From TPA_inf: Saccharomyces (taxonomy: Eukaryota), in the NCBI GenBank assembly GCA_000146045.2, contig BK006936.2, positions 64,001-128,000 on the forward strand: DNA of 64,000 nucleotides. Direction: 5' to 3'. Position 1 is the stretch's first letter; each line of letters starts with the position of its first letter. This document shows positions 22,722 to 32,668 of this stretch, piece by piece. Position numbers and translations under genes: made by a program. Under the pieces are notes generated by a model. The model saw nothing but the letters and a program-made list of their open reading frames with translations. It did no database searches and was not told the DNA's origin.

Positions 22722-23789
22722 TTATGGCCTTTGGTAATAGAGACCGCCAACAATGGTAGGGTTGTGCTCATCATCCTCGTCATCCCTTTCTTCATCACTG
22801 ATACCGTAAATAAGAGCGTCGTCTTCATTGTCTTTACCAAGCAATTCTGGATATTTGTTTTCCATTATCTTTTCTGTGTTGTGTAGGGAGTTTTTTTGAA
22901 ATGACGAATACAGACAAATATTCCAAACTCGTTCATTCAACAAGATGTCTGAGTATTGTTCAGGCAATGTCTTTATCTGATAATATAAGATTTCGTCTAA
23001 TTTATCGAGCATATGTTTAGGCACCGTAGCGCTTGAACATATCAGTTCGATCATAGCATGCCATTGCAAACTCGACCCGTAGTTACCAAAAAACATGGCA
23101 TTTAAGAACGCAAACTGCAACTCCCCAAAATAATTACTTGAATTTTTAAAAATTCCTTGTAGCATTACAGTGTTCAAGTAGTAAGACTTGTCTAAAAAAT
23201 CCTCCATTTCATGGCCAGGCCTTATGGCTTCTCTAGATTTGAAGTTTATTACTGTATAGTTTAAAGAATGTGCAGGATCATCTTCATTCTTGGCTTCCAT
23301 TTTAGAACCTGCTTTTTGCAAGCTGGATTTTAGCAGCTCATTTTCTTGAACTGTGGTCATCGAAGAATCTACGTAAGAGAACTGGTTTTCATCTTTCCTT
23401 ACTATCTTTCGGATTTTATCCATCTGCACAAACTCGGTAAGATTGTACCAGGTATCATCTTCGTCAATTTTCGGATAAGAAACCATCATCTGCCGTTCCT
23501 TGAAGTTGTGAACAATATTCTCGAATTTTGCGCCATCCCTTTCTTCCATCATTTTGTAAAGGCCATCTTTAGGATCATACTGAATGTAAAAGTTTCCCAT
23601 TCTACAGTCAAACCAGTAGCCATACCTCATGCTGGAATTATCTGCATGCTGAAAATGAATGACATGAACGTGTCCAATGGGGATGTCCTTGATTCCGTGA
23701 AATGGCTGATTCTCCTTGACATTAAAGGAATACTGATCGATCCCTATAGTTACCTCAATCGGAGCAGATGTAAATGGTACAGTATTCAT
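22722..23789 (-). CDS. AAR2: AAR2, U5 snRNP assembly factor
   Basis: 355 aa (MNTVPFTSAPIEVTIGIDQYSF...). The ATG is at 23789. Confidence 0.9.
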   Translation of the reverse strand: MNTVPFTSAPIEVTIGIDQYSFNVKENQPFHGIKDIPIGHVHVIHFQHADNSSMRYGYWFDCRMGNFYIQYDPKDGLYKMMEERDGAKFENIVHNFKERQMMVSYPKIDEDDTWYNLTEFVQMDKIRKIVRKDENQFSYVDSSMTTVQENELLKSSLQKAGSKMEAKNEDDPAHSLNYTVINFKSREAIRPGHEMEDFLDKSYYLNTVMLQGIFKNSSNYFGELQFAFLNAMFFGNYGSSLQWHAMIELICSSATVPKHMLDKLDEILYYQIKTLPEQYSDILLNERVWNICLYSSFQKNSLHNTEKIMENKYPELLGKDNEDDALIYGISDEERDDEDDEHNPTIVGGLYYQRP

Positions 23790-23957
23790 TGCAGGCTTCC
23801 GATATTTTATTTTTTAGCCCCATGTCCCAGCGATAAGGAGGATCTTTGGTGTCCATTCATCTCATTAAACCCTAAACCATTGAAATATTCGTGTTCGTGC
23901 GTCGCGATTTTTTCCGCTTTCAAGATGTGTCCTTTCTTCATCTCTTGGTTCTTATAA
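23646..23957 (+). CDS. YBL073W: Dubious ORF YBL073W, overlapping the 5' end of AAR2 on the opposite strand
   Basis: 103 aa from the ATG at 23646. The ORF-track start at 23346 is a TTG. It has no domain. Confidence 0.2.
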   Translation: MLKMNDMNVSNGDVLDSVKWLILLDIKGILIDPYSYLNRSRCKWYSIHCRLPIFYFLAPCPSDKEDLWCPFISLNPKPLKYSCSCVAIFSAFKMCPFFISWFL

Positions 23958-24188
23958 AAGGGCGCCGCAAACCCCTCCTAATTACTTTTTCCTTTTCACA
24001 TCCCATGGGTTTTATCTTATACCAAATGTTTACCATTCTGAATCGTATAGCCAACAAGTAACCACAGCTGCAATTGTGAAAAAAATTGATAGGTGTGGTC
24101 ACCCAACTGTTTTTTTCTCTTTTTCTTTTTTTTTTTTTGAAATGGCTAGACGGTGCTTTTGCTGGTAAAAGAAAAACTCTTGTTTCAA

Positions 24189-24280
24189 TTTAACATGATG
24201 AAAAAATATATTAACACAGACCTGTACTGAACTTTTCGAAGTTTTGCAGATAACAATATTGCTTTTTTTCTCTGACTTTA
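24189..24280 (+). ncRNA. SNR56: C/D-box snoRNA, most likely snR56, which guides 18S rRNA Gm1428
   Basis: C box ATGATGA lies at 24195..24201, D' CTGA at 24227..24230 and terminal D box CTGA at 24272..24275. The 12 nt upstream of D' (ACACAGACCTGT) are complementary to the conserved 18S sequence ACAGGUCUGUG. The fifth residue upstream of D' is a C, which would pair with the first G of ACAGG. Exact ends are not determined. Confidence 0.6.
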
Positions 24281-24522
24281 ACTAATCGTTCTTATTTCTG
24301 TATATACTATGACCTTGCAAACCTTGAAATGCAAAATTCGTATTCTCTGCTAAATTGAAAAATTTAGAGCATGAAGTGTGTTTTCCAGCAGACACCGCCT
24401 GTGAAAAAGATGGTAAAATGATATGATAATTAAACACACATAATAATAGCATATATGATATATAAGACTATATGAAGAGATGAGGAGAAGAGAAGAAAAA
24501 ATTGGTAGTATTTTCATTTCAT

Positions 24523-25125
24523 CTATTTCTTAGCAGTCAATCTTCTTAGGTAGAAAGCTAATTCTTCACCTTCCAAGATGTAACCATCACATCTACCGGA
24601 TTGACCTGGTCTGGAAGAGATACAAGCGTATAATCTACCGGCGCTGAATTGAGATTCAACGGAAGATTCGATCTTGGCAGAAGCAGCTCTAGCAGCCCAC
24701 TTTCTTTCAGCGTTCTTGCTCTTGGCAACAGTTTCTTCTTCCTTGACGTTCTTCTTCTTACCCAAGGTTTGACCGTAGTGAGCTTCGAACCATTGTCTGA
24801 ATGGAGTAGCATCAATTTGGACAATGGCAGCCTTGGTCAAAGTGTTAGTTCTAACCAATTCATTGTTGGATGGATGGTAAACAACACCAGCAATTCTGGT
24901 CTTCTTGGAGATACCTTCAGAAGCCCAAGAAAAGTTACCGGTTTCAATTCTTAGAGCTCTGTATTTCTTGTTACCACCTCTAGTTCTAACAGAGTGAATT
25001 CTCTTAGCACCGATCTTGGTGTTGGCTGGTTGACGGCCTAATTCGAACTTTCTCTTCTTTCTGAATTGAGCACGCTTGGCACCGGTAGCGGATCTTTTGT
25101 GACGAGAATCACGAGAAATACCCAT
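24523..25125 (-). CDS. RPS8A: RPS8A, ribosomal protein S8 (eS8)
   Basis: 200 aa ([39 protein letters not shown]...). The ATG is at 25125. Confidence 0.95.
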
Positions 25126-25977
25126 TTTGTAACTGTAATAGAAAATTTAATGACGCTTGTTAGTAAAATAAAGAACGTACAAAAGTTGCGGAATTTTTTT
25201 CTTATCTTGAAATATGCTTTGGTTTCTTTTCATCTCTTCTTGTGAAAAACTCGGCGTTTCATAAGAGGCTTGATTTTTTGGGTACACAAAGGATTCAGTT
25301 TAGTGCACTGCTCCTGTCACAATTTATATCATCCCTTTTAGTTAAGTTTACTTTTTCCACTATCTATTCCATTCAAAGAGAGGTCCTGTAGCATTCAAAA
25401 TAATATGTAGTTCCATTACTCATATGACCATAGCACATACTTTTTGTCCTGGTGTGTTTATAACGTCTTCTTGTGAGTACCAAAAAGCAAATGGCAAGTG
25501 TAATTTCCTATAACTTTAAGATAGGCCTGTAAATAACGTATATGAAACAGTTCCATCCCGTAACACCATGAACACTGCGTAAGAGAAAGCCCTCAAGCTT
25601 TCCCAGCGATGCTCGTGTGTAGGACCGAACATGGAGGGGGGAACTAGGCCCAGCACGGGTTTGGCGAGGCCGCTCTGCTCGCAGCTCAGGATTCTAAAAG
25701 GTTATTCCGCTGAGAAAATCAGAAAATAGGAACTTCTCACGCAATAATTTTAAAGTTGATGAAAAAGGAAAATTTGTAAAAGTGTAAGGGTGTTAAAGAG
25801 GGTGTATGGATGTAAAGTCACAAAAGTTAGAGCAGATGAAAAAGAAATGGGTGGAGACAAATCCGAAAAAGGACCTATATTATCGCTATAAAGAGCTTCT
25901 CATCGCTTTTTTTTTTCAAAGACACATACATACCACGACTGTAAGCACATCATTTGTACAATACATTACCAGCTGAA

Positions 25978-26226
25978 ATGTCAACATATGACGAAATCGA
26001 AATCGAAGATATGACGTTTGAGCCTGAAAATCAAATGTTCACCTATCCTTGTCCCTGTGGAGATAGGTTTCAAATATATCTGGATGACATGTTTGAGGGC
26101 GAAAAAGTTGCTGTTTGTCCCAGCTGCTCACTGATGATCGATGTAGTTTTCGATAAAGAAGACTTGGCTGAGTACTACGAAGAGGCAGGCATCCACCCCC
26201 CTGAGCCTATTGCCGCTGCTGCCTAA
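25978..26226 (+). CDS. KTI11: KTI11/DPH3, CSL-type zinc-finger protein needed for diphthamide and Elongator-dependent tRNA modification
   Basis: 82 aa from the ATG at 25978 (MSTYDEIEIEDMTFEPENQMFTYPCPCGDRF...CPSCSL). The ORF-track start at 25954 is a TTG. Confidence 0.9.
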   Translation: MSTYDEIEIEDMTFEPENQMFTYPCPCGDRFQIYLDDMFEGEKVAVCPSCSLMIDVVFDKEDLAEYYEEAGIHPPEPIAAAA

Positions 26227-26531
26227 AGATGAGAGGCTAGATCGAGAATACAAATAGAAATAAAGAAAGAGCTATATGACTTAGCAACGCAAGCAGAAAA
26301 GAAGGTTTGCTTCTTCGCTGGACTCCGGTTGGAATTACTATTCAAAATTCCAAGTGCACTGATGGAAAACGTTTTGCTCAGGTTGAGCTCTTTTACTGCA
26401 TATAAGGATACTGGGTAGGTGTATATGATTATTTTATACATGATACGTAGGCTAAAATGATTTGGACCCATTAAATCATCTTGTCGCATCTCTTTTCTTT
26501 TTCCTCCATGCTCAGATTTCAATAATATCAT
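26223..26531 (-). CDS. YBL071C: Dubious ORF YBL071C
   Basis: 102 aa from the ATG at 26531. It has no domain. It lies tail-to-tail against KTI11 and overlaps its last 4 bp. Confidence 0.2.
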   Translation of the reverse strand: MILLKSEHGGKRKEMRQDDLMGPNHFSLRIMYKIIIYTYPVSLYAVKELNLSKTFSISALGILNSNSNRSPAKKQTFFSACVAKSYSSFFISICILDLASHL

Positions 26532-26604
26532 CTCAAATGGCTGTGACAAATTTCACCGGAAAGGCGAGGGATTTTTCTGTTGACATTATCAAATTAGCTT
26601 TTTG

Positions 26605-26925
26605 TCAAAATAATGAAAAATAAAGAAAATATATAAAAGTACATATTATAATCAAAGCTAGCTCAGGTATATTCCCACCTTGTCGAGCATTCCGGAAGCT
26701 ACAAATACGACATTGCATACCAAGAGGCAAACGTTGAACAATGGCTAAAGATATTTTGAAGAACCAGGACCCTAAATTGCAAGCGATGATCGTTGAACAC
26801 TCGGCGCCTGCTCCCAAAGAGATACCTATGGACGCTCCTGTTTTGAAAAGAGTCGCTAGACCTTTAAGACATGTAAAGTTCATTCCAATTAAATCGCTGA
26901 TATTCCATACTAAAACAGGGCCCAT
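26605..26925 (-). CDS. YBL070C: Dubious ORF YBL070C, overlapping the AST1 start on the opposite strand
   Basis: 106-aa ATG ORF antisense to the 5' end of AST1. Confidence 0.2.
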   Translation of the reverse strand: MGPVLVWNISDLIGMNFTCLKGLATLFKTGASIGISLGAGAECSTIIACNLGSWFFKISLAIVQRLPLGMQCRICSFRNARQGGNIPELALIIICTFIYFLYFSLF

Positions 26926-28030
26926 GGATTTTTCTTATGAAAAGAAGATCAAGACGCCTATTCCTAAGAACAAAATTGTAGTTCGAGTAAGTAATGTGGG
27001 TTTGAACCCTGTAGATATGAAAATCAGGAACGGCTACACATCGTCGATTTACGGTGAGATCGGCTTGGGGAGAGAGTACAGTGGTGTTATCACTGAGGTA
27101 GGCGAGAACCTAAACTACGCCTGGCACGTGGGTGATGAAGTATACGGTATATACTACCACCCTCATTTGGCCGTGGGATGTTTGCAAAGTTCAATCTTAG
27201 TAGATCCAAAGGTGGACCCAATCCTTTTGAGACCAGAATCGGTTAGCGCCGAAGAAGCTGCAGGCTCCTTATTCTGCCTGGCCACCGGCTATAATATTCT
27301 GAATAAATTATCCAAGAACAAGTATTTGAAGCAAGATTCAAACGTTTTGATTAATGGTGGAACTTCGTCAGTGGGGATGTTTGTCATACAATTATTGAAG
27401 CGTCATTACAAGTTACAGAAAAAACTAGTGATTGTAACGTCTGCAAATGGGCCCCAAGTTTTACAGGAGAAATTTCCTGATCTGGCTGATGAAATGATTT
27501 TCATCGATTACTTAACGTGTAGGGGTAAATCTAGTAAACCACTAAGAAAAATGCTCGAAGAAAAGAAAATTTCTCAGTATGATCCGGTCGAGGATAAGGA
27601 AACTATACTTAACTATAATGAGGGGAAGTTCGATGTTGTACTCGATTTTGTCGGTGGTTACGATATTTTGAGTCATTCTAGTTCATTGATTCACGGCGGT
27701 GGTGCGTACGTAACCACTGTAGGTGATTACGTTGCCAATTATAAAGAAGACATTTTCGATTCATGGGATAACCCAAGTGCCAATGCAAGAAAAATGTTCG
27801 GGTCTATTATCTGGTCATATAACTACACACATTACTATTTTGATCCGAATGCAAAGACGGCTTCCGCCAATAATGATTGGATTGAGCAATGTGGCGACTT
27901 TTTGAAGAACGGTACTGTAAAATGTGTCGTCGACAAAGTTTATGACTGGAAAGACCATAAAGAAGCATTTTCTTATATGGCCACTCAACGTGCCCAAGGA
28001 AAGTTAATCATGAACGTCGAAAAATTCTAG
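26741..28030 (+). CDS. AST1: AST1, MDR-family (quinone oxidoreductase-like) protein involved in Pma1 delivery to the plasma membrane
   Basis: 429 aa with ATG at 26741. It has a zinc-independent medium-chain dehydrogenase/reductase fold with a GxGxxG-like NINGGTSSVG motif. Confidence 0.85.
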   Translation: MAKDILKNQDPKLQAMIVEHSAPAPKEIPMDAPVLKRVARPLRHVKFIPIKSLIFHTKTGPMDFSYEKKIKTPIPKNKIVVRVSNVGLNPVDMKIRNGYTSSIYGEIGLGREYSGVITEVGENLNYAWHVGDEVYGIYYHPHLAVGCLQSSILVDPKVDPILLRPESVSAEEAAGSLFCLATGYNILNKLSKNKYLKQDSNVLINGGTSSVGMFVIQLLKRHYKLQKKLVIVTSANGPQVLQEKFPDLADEMIFIDYLTCRGKSSKPLRKMLEEKKISQYDPVEDKETILNYNEGKFDVVLDFVGGYDILSHSSSLIHGGGAYVTTVGDYVANYKEDIFDSWDNPSANARKMFGSIIWSYNYTHYYFDPNAKTASANNDWIEQCGDFLKNGTVKCVVDKVYDWKDHKEAFSYMATQRAQGKLIMNVEKF

Positions 28031-28413
28031 ATACCCACTTACATTTACAATATGTTTTATTTTTAAACTTAATGAACTTCATAATTTAATGCTTAATATT
28101 TTCCCCCTCCCACCTTCTCCTGGCGTTCTCTGTACGTACATAACCATTTATTTTAATATATAATCAAATATTGTAACAATTGAAGCAGATGAGTCTCGCT
28201 CCTTAGTTAAGCACGTGCCGATGATATCAATTGGATTTGTTAGCAAATCAGCCTTGCTGCTCGATTCTCTGCTTTTTTTTTACTTCTCGGTCATTGAAAA
28301 ATCCTGACGAAAATATTTCAAGGTCCTATATGGTCATCGACCTTGAGCATGTGGTAGACTACATAATGCACATAGACTCTCAGCTTCAACTCCACAAGGC
28401 TTCTCCAGCAAAA

Positions 28414-29394
28414 ATGAATTCAGAGTCTCGAGAAGATATGGCTATAAATAGTATCAAATTGCTAGCGGGAAACTCCCATCCTGATTTGGCTGAACAAATA
28501 TCGAAAAAGTTAGGTATTCCACTTTCCAAAGTTGGTGTGTACCAGTATTCTAATAAAGAAACCTCTGTCACCATAGGTGAGAGCCTTCGCGACGAAGATG
28601 TGTATATTATCCAAACTGGAATAGGTGAACAAGAAATTAATGATTTCTTGATGGAATTATTAATTTTAATTCATGCTTGCAAAATTGCATCTGCAAGAAA
28701 GATCACTACTGTAATACCCAATTTTCCATATGCAAGACAAGACAAGAAAGATAAATCCCGGGCGCCCATTACCGCAAAGTTGGTTGCCAATTTATTGCAA
28801 ACTGCTGGTGCTGATCATGTCATCACAATGGATCTCCATGCCTCCCAAATTCAAGGGTTTTTCCATATCCCGGTTGACAACCTATATGCAGAACCAAGTG
28901 TTTTAAATTATATTAGAACGAAAACAGATTTCGACAATGCTATTTTGGTGTCGCCTGATGCAGGTGGTGCTAAGAGAGTAGCTGCTTTGGCTGACAAGTT
29001 AGATTTAAATTTTGCTTTGATTCACAAAGAGAGGCAAAAAGCTAACGAGGTTTCAAAAATGGTGCTTGTTGGTGATGTTACCAATAAATCATGTTTATTA
29101 GTTGATGATATGGCGGATACTTGTGGTACGTTGGTAAAAGCTTGTGATACGTTGATGGAGCATGGTGCCAAAGAAGTTATAGCTATTGTTACACACGGTA
29201 TTTTCTCCGGTTCAGCAAGAGAAAAGCTAAGAAATAGTAGATTGTCTAGAATTGTTTGCACAAATACCGTTCCGGTAGATTTGGATTTACCTATTGCTGA
29301 CCAGATCGATATTAGTCCCACGTTCGCTGAAGCTATAAGAAGACTACACAATGGTGAATCCGTGTCATATTTGTTCACCCATGCTCCAGTATAG
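28414..29394 (+). CDS. PRS4: PRS4, phosphoribosyl-pyrophosphate synthetase
   Basis: 326 aa from the ATG at 28414 ([29 protein letters not shown]). The PRPP-binding loop is [12 protein letters not shown]. The upstream part of the ORF-track ORF is a non-ATG extension. Confidence 0.9.
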   Translation: MNSESREDMAINSIKLLAGNSHPDLAEQISKKLGIPLSKVGVYQYSNKETSVTIGESLRDEDVYIIQTGIGEQEINDFLMELLILIHACKIASARKITTVIPNFPYARQDKKDKSRAPITAKLVANLLQTAGADHVITMDLHASQIQGFFHIPVDNLYAEPSVLNYIRTKTDFDNAILVSPDAGGAKRVAALADKLDLNFALIHKERQKANEVSKMVLVGDVTNKSCLLVDDMADTCGTLVKACDTLMEHGAKEVIAIVTHGIFSGSAREKLRNSRLSRIVCTNTVPVDLDLPIADQIDISPTFAEAIRRLHNGESVSYLFTHAPV

Positions 29395-29638
29395 GACAAT
29401 TTTTTATTCTTAGATTCCTGATTGCTTGCATGCCTAAATACTTCATAATTGTATTAGTTTAAAAGAAAACCTTTTACTGAGACAAAACTATAAATTTAAG
29501 AAAAAGGTTCCGGAGCCGGTTTAAAAAAAGAAGATTAAAGATATTATATTTATGTAAGAATTAAATTAATACTGTCAGAGAAAAAATAGTTTTAAAGGAG
29601 ACGGTGAACCTTTACCTTCCTTGATATGCAAATATTTT

Positions 29639-31882
29639 TCAGCTTTTCCTAAAACTAAACATTCTCGACTTTTTTTTAGAAGACTTTATGGGTGTGTTAG
29701 AAACAAAGCTGTCGTCTATAGCAGTATCCAAATCGTCTGCTATAGGCAGCTCTTCCTTTTTCTTTTGACCACTATTGCAAGTTCTTAGCCAATCATCGTA
29801 CTTGATTAGATTGTCTATATTATCATCTTGTTCTTTTGCCATATTTTCACGATCATTCTTTTCAACAGCGTTTGAATACATCGCTTTATAAAACAAAACA
29901 TATGCTGTTGCCATATTTGGAGATTCACCTGTGAATTCTAACACTGTTTCCTCTTTAACTGCCTCTACCGTTTCGTCATCAAATAACAACCAGCCAAACT
30001 TTTCATGTTTACATAGGGAAACATAATGGCCGTGTTGTGGCCCACCGCCCATATGAACGACAATCCCAGCCAATTCATACTTTTGACAAACCTTAGAATT
30101 TATTGAAGAGCAAACATTTAGCGTCAGAGGATAGTGAATGTTATTAAAAAGCTTAATATTACAGTTTTGTTTCTCAGAATACTTGAATCTTTTCAAGTGT
30201 AATGTTAAAGTATCAGGCAATTGCTTCAAACCAACTAATCTCTCTGCCTCCTGTAAACCGCAACATTCGTCACAATAAAACTTGTTTGAGCCATTTAGCA
30301 TTTCTCGCTGGTGATAACTTTTCAAAATTTCCTGTATATCTGTTTCCTCATCTCCCTGAACTTCTATGGGGAAATCCAAAAATGGCTCATCCCTAGATGT
30401 AATGTTATCGCACGTCAGACATTTTATTTGATTCGTTAAAGTGCCTTGAAACAAGTCACTGATGAAATTTTTACTCTTACTCGGTTCGCTATCGCTGTTG
30501 ATATCACTGGCTGCTATTTTTTTATTCTCACGTTCTATATATTCACTCAACTCGTTTAATAAGAAATTGAAAAATTCGTGAGCATCCTGATGCATAGTAG
30601 TATTAAATAATACATTTTCTCTTTTGAGAACATCAACAAAAGAGCTAGGCGATACAACACCAGTTAAATACGTATTCTCAGTTATGCATTCAAAGATATC
30701 TCTCAAACTGGAATACAAAGTAGCCTTATCTGAGCCGTTTAAGCTATGGTCAATATTGAGCACTGGCCCACGAATAAGTGCGGATTTCTTTCTATGTTCT
30801 GGGGATATTTGAGAAGAGGAACTAGATCTTCTAGTATCTTTTTTATCAAGTGGAGTGGATAAGCTGCTATTACTTTCTCCTTTCAAGTCCAGGTTATTAC
30901 TATTACTGCTACCTCTTGAAGGATTTTCATAATTGAGAACTCTGCCAACAATTATTTTACGCGGAACATCCGGAGGTCTATCTGTGACGTTCTCGAAACT
31001 CAATCTGCTCGGAGCACCAGGCTCATTAGGTGTTTCGACTATCAATGGAGGTGCGTCTTGAGGACGAGAAGAGGGTTTTCCAGTGGTTAATATAGCAGGA
31101 CTTCCTTCCTTTTTATTATTGTCTTGTACATGTTTCGCGCTAAAACTTTTAAAAAATTTACTCTTCTTCTCTGAAGGCCCAGCTGTATTTGAATTTACAG
31201 AATTTACAGGGGTAGGCTTTCCATCATCAACAGATTGAGGTTTAGGGTTAGGCAAATGTCCATTGGTACCAGCAATGCTTTTCTCAAAACTTGCTTCGGT
31301 AAATATTCTTGGTTTCTTACCTCTCATTTCTTTCTTTCTTGGTTGATCAGATTCTCTTGATTTTTTTGGAAATTGCAATATATTTTCACGTAATGAGGAC
31401 AGATTATAGAGACATTGAAGAACTGAGTTACAGTAACATGTATTGCCAAAATTTTCGTATCCAAAAACTTTGTTGGAGCCGTCTCCATAGGGCATTGAGT
31501 CGGACACCTTCATAGCTAATATGGGTGCCTCGGGCCCTTGCGTGATAATGCCTCCGTATGCGTTTATAGCCTTTGCGTTTGAAATATAAAATATCCCATC
31601 CTGGCTGTAATTACTGCCTTGATTGCACGTTTCAGAAGAATAGTCTAGTCCGGAAGAAATCTGCAAATTATTGTCTTCATTCAAAAAAGTTTCCTTGGTA
31701 TCCAAATTAGAGACAAACAATGAGCTAGAGGGATTATCGGATGATTCGCTATAACAGAGTTCATCATTTATATCGTGGTTTACAGGCTTAAAGTCAACCT
31801 TTTCTACTTCTTCTGTAATGGTATCATTAACAGCCTTTTTCTTCTTCCCAGACTTACTTATAGTTAGCCATCTTCTGATCAT
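29639..31882 (-). CDS. UBP13: UBP13, ubiquitin-specific protease
   Basis: 747 aa. The USP Cys box is GNTCYCNSVLQCL and the His box is GHYVSLC. The ATG is at 31882. Confidence 0.88.
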   Translation of the reverse strand: MIRRWLTISKSGKKKKAVNDTITEEVEKVDFKPVNHDINDELCYSESSDNPSSSLFVSNLDTKETFLNEDNNLQISSGLDYSSETCNQGSNYSQDGIFYISNAKAINAYGGIITQGPEAPILAMKVSDSMPYGDGSNKVFGYENFGNTCYCNSVLQCLYNLSSLRENILQFPKKSRESDQPRKKEMRGKKPRIFTEASFEKSIAGTNGHLPNPKPQSVDDGKPTPVNSVNSNTAGPSEKKSKFFKSFSAKHVQDNNKKEGSPAILTTGKPSSRPQDAPPLIVETPNEPGAPSRLSFENVTDRPPDVPRKIIVGRVLNYENPSRGSSNSNNLDLKGESNSSLSTPLDKKDTRRSSSSSQISPEHRKKSALIRGPVLNIDHSLNGSDKATLYSSLRDIFECITENTYLTGVVSPSSFVDVLKRENVLFNTTMHQDAHEFFNFLLNELSEYIERENKKIAASDINSDSEPSKSKNFISDLFQGTLTNQIKCLTCDNITSRDEPFLDFPIEVQGDEETDIQEILKSYHQREMLNGSNKFYCDECCGLQEAERLVGLKQLPDTLTLHLKRFKYSEKQNCNIKLFNNIHYPLTLNVCSSINSKVCQKYELAGIVVHMGGGPQHGHYVSLCKHEKFGWLLFDDETVEAVKEETVLEFTGESPNMATAYVLFYKAMYSNAVEKNDRENMAKEQDDNIDNLIKYDDWLRTCNSGQKKKEELPIADDLDTAIDDSFVSNTPIKSSKKKSRMFSFRKS

Positions 31883-32668
31883 GATTGCGCCCTTCTTGCG
31901 TGGGTTTAGTATGTTAATGAAAGTACTGGATCCTTACTAAAGCCGAATTTGGCCCCTTCAACAAATAAAGCTTGATGAGTTGAACAGTCAAAGGGTAAGA
32001 TCTGGTATAGGCAATAATAATATTATCCAAATGGAAAAAAAAAAAATGAACAGGTGAAAAAAAATCAATTTGAAAACCAAAGAAAAACTCTATTGATTCC
32101 TTTGCTGTTGTCGACCTTCTTTCACACAATAGTTCAATTACGTTCTTTGGGTTCTTTATCTTTATAGTTATCTTGCCTCATCTCTATGTTCAACACTTTC
32201 GGATCGATGTATTTTTCAGCCTTCCGCTAAAATTGACGACCGTCTCCAAACGAATAGGGATAAAGAAGCAAGGACTGAGCGTTGGAGAAAAAAAAAAAGT
32301 TACCGGAATGGGAATAGATAGATACCTATAAGAAGCGTTATCGTTACTCATGAATTTTGGTAAATGCACACGGATAAATGCATGATATATAAAATATTAA
32401 TAAGAATAAAATAAATAGGTAGTGAATAAATATTCTACTTTGGTGTGGTCATCATTTTACAAAGGAGGGAGGTCGTGATAACAAACTGATAAATAATCCT
32501 TAAGTTGATCCATTCTTGAATATTGTTACATTGGAAATAATCCGAAAAAGAATATGTATAAATAAAAGGACTCGAAGTCCTATGTAGCCGTCTTTGCAAA
32601 TTTTCTTTAATAAATTAGCAGAAAACAAGGGTAATAATATTTCTTAGAATATTAGAAGAATATAGGCG

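Noticed and set aside
26223-26226. 4-bp overlap between the KTI11 stop and the YBL071C stop. I considered whether YBL071C is a real convergent gene.
   Set aside because: YBL071C has no domain and a hydrophobic, low-complexity product. It is regarded as dubious. The overlap just reflects the KTI11 3' UTR.
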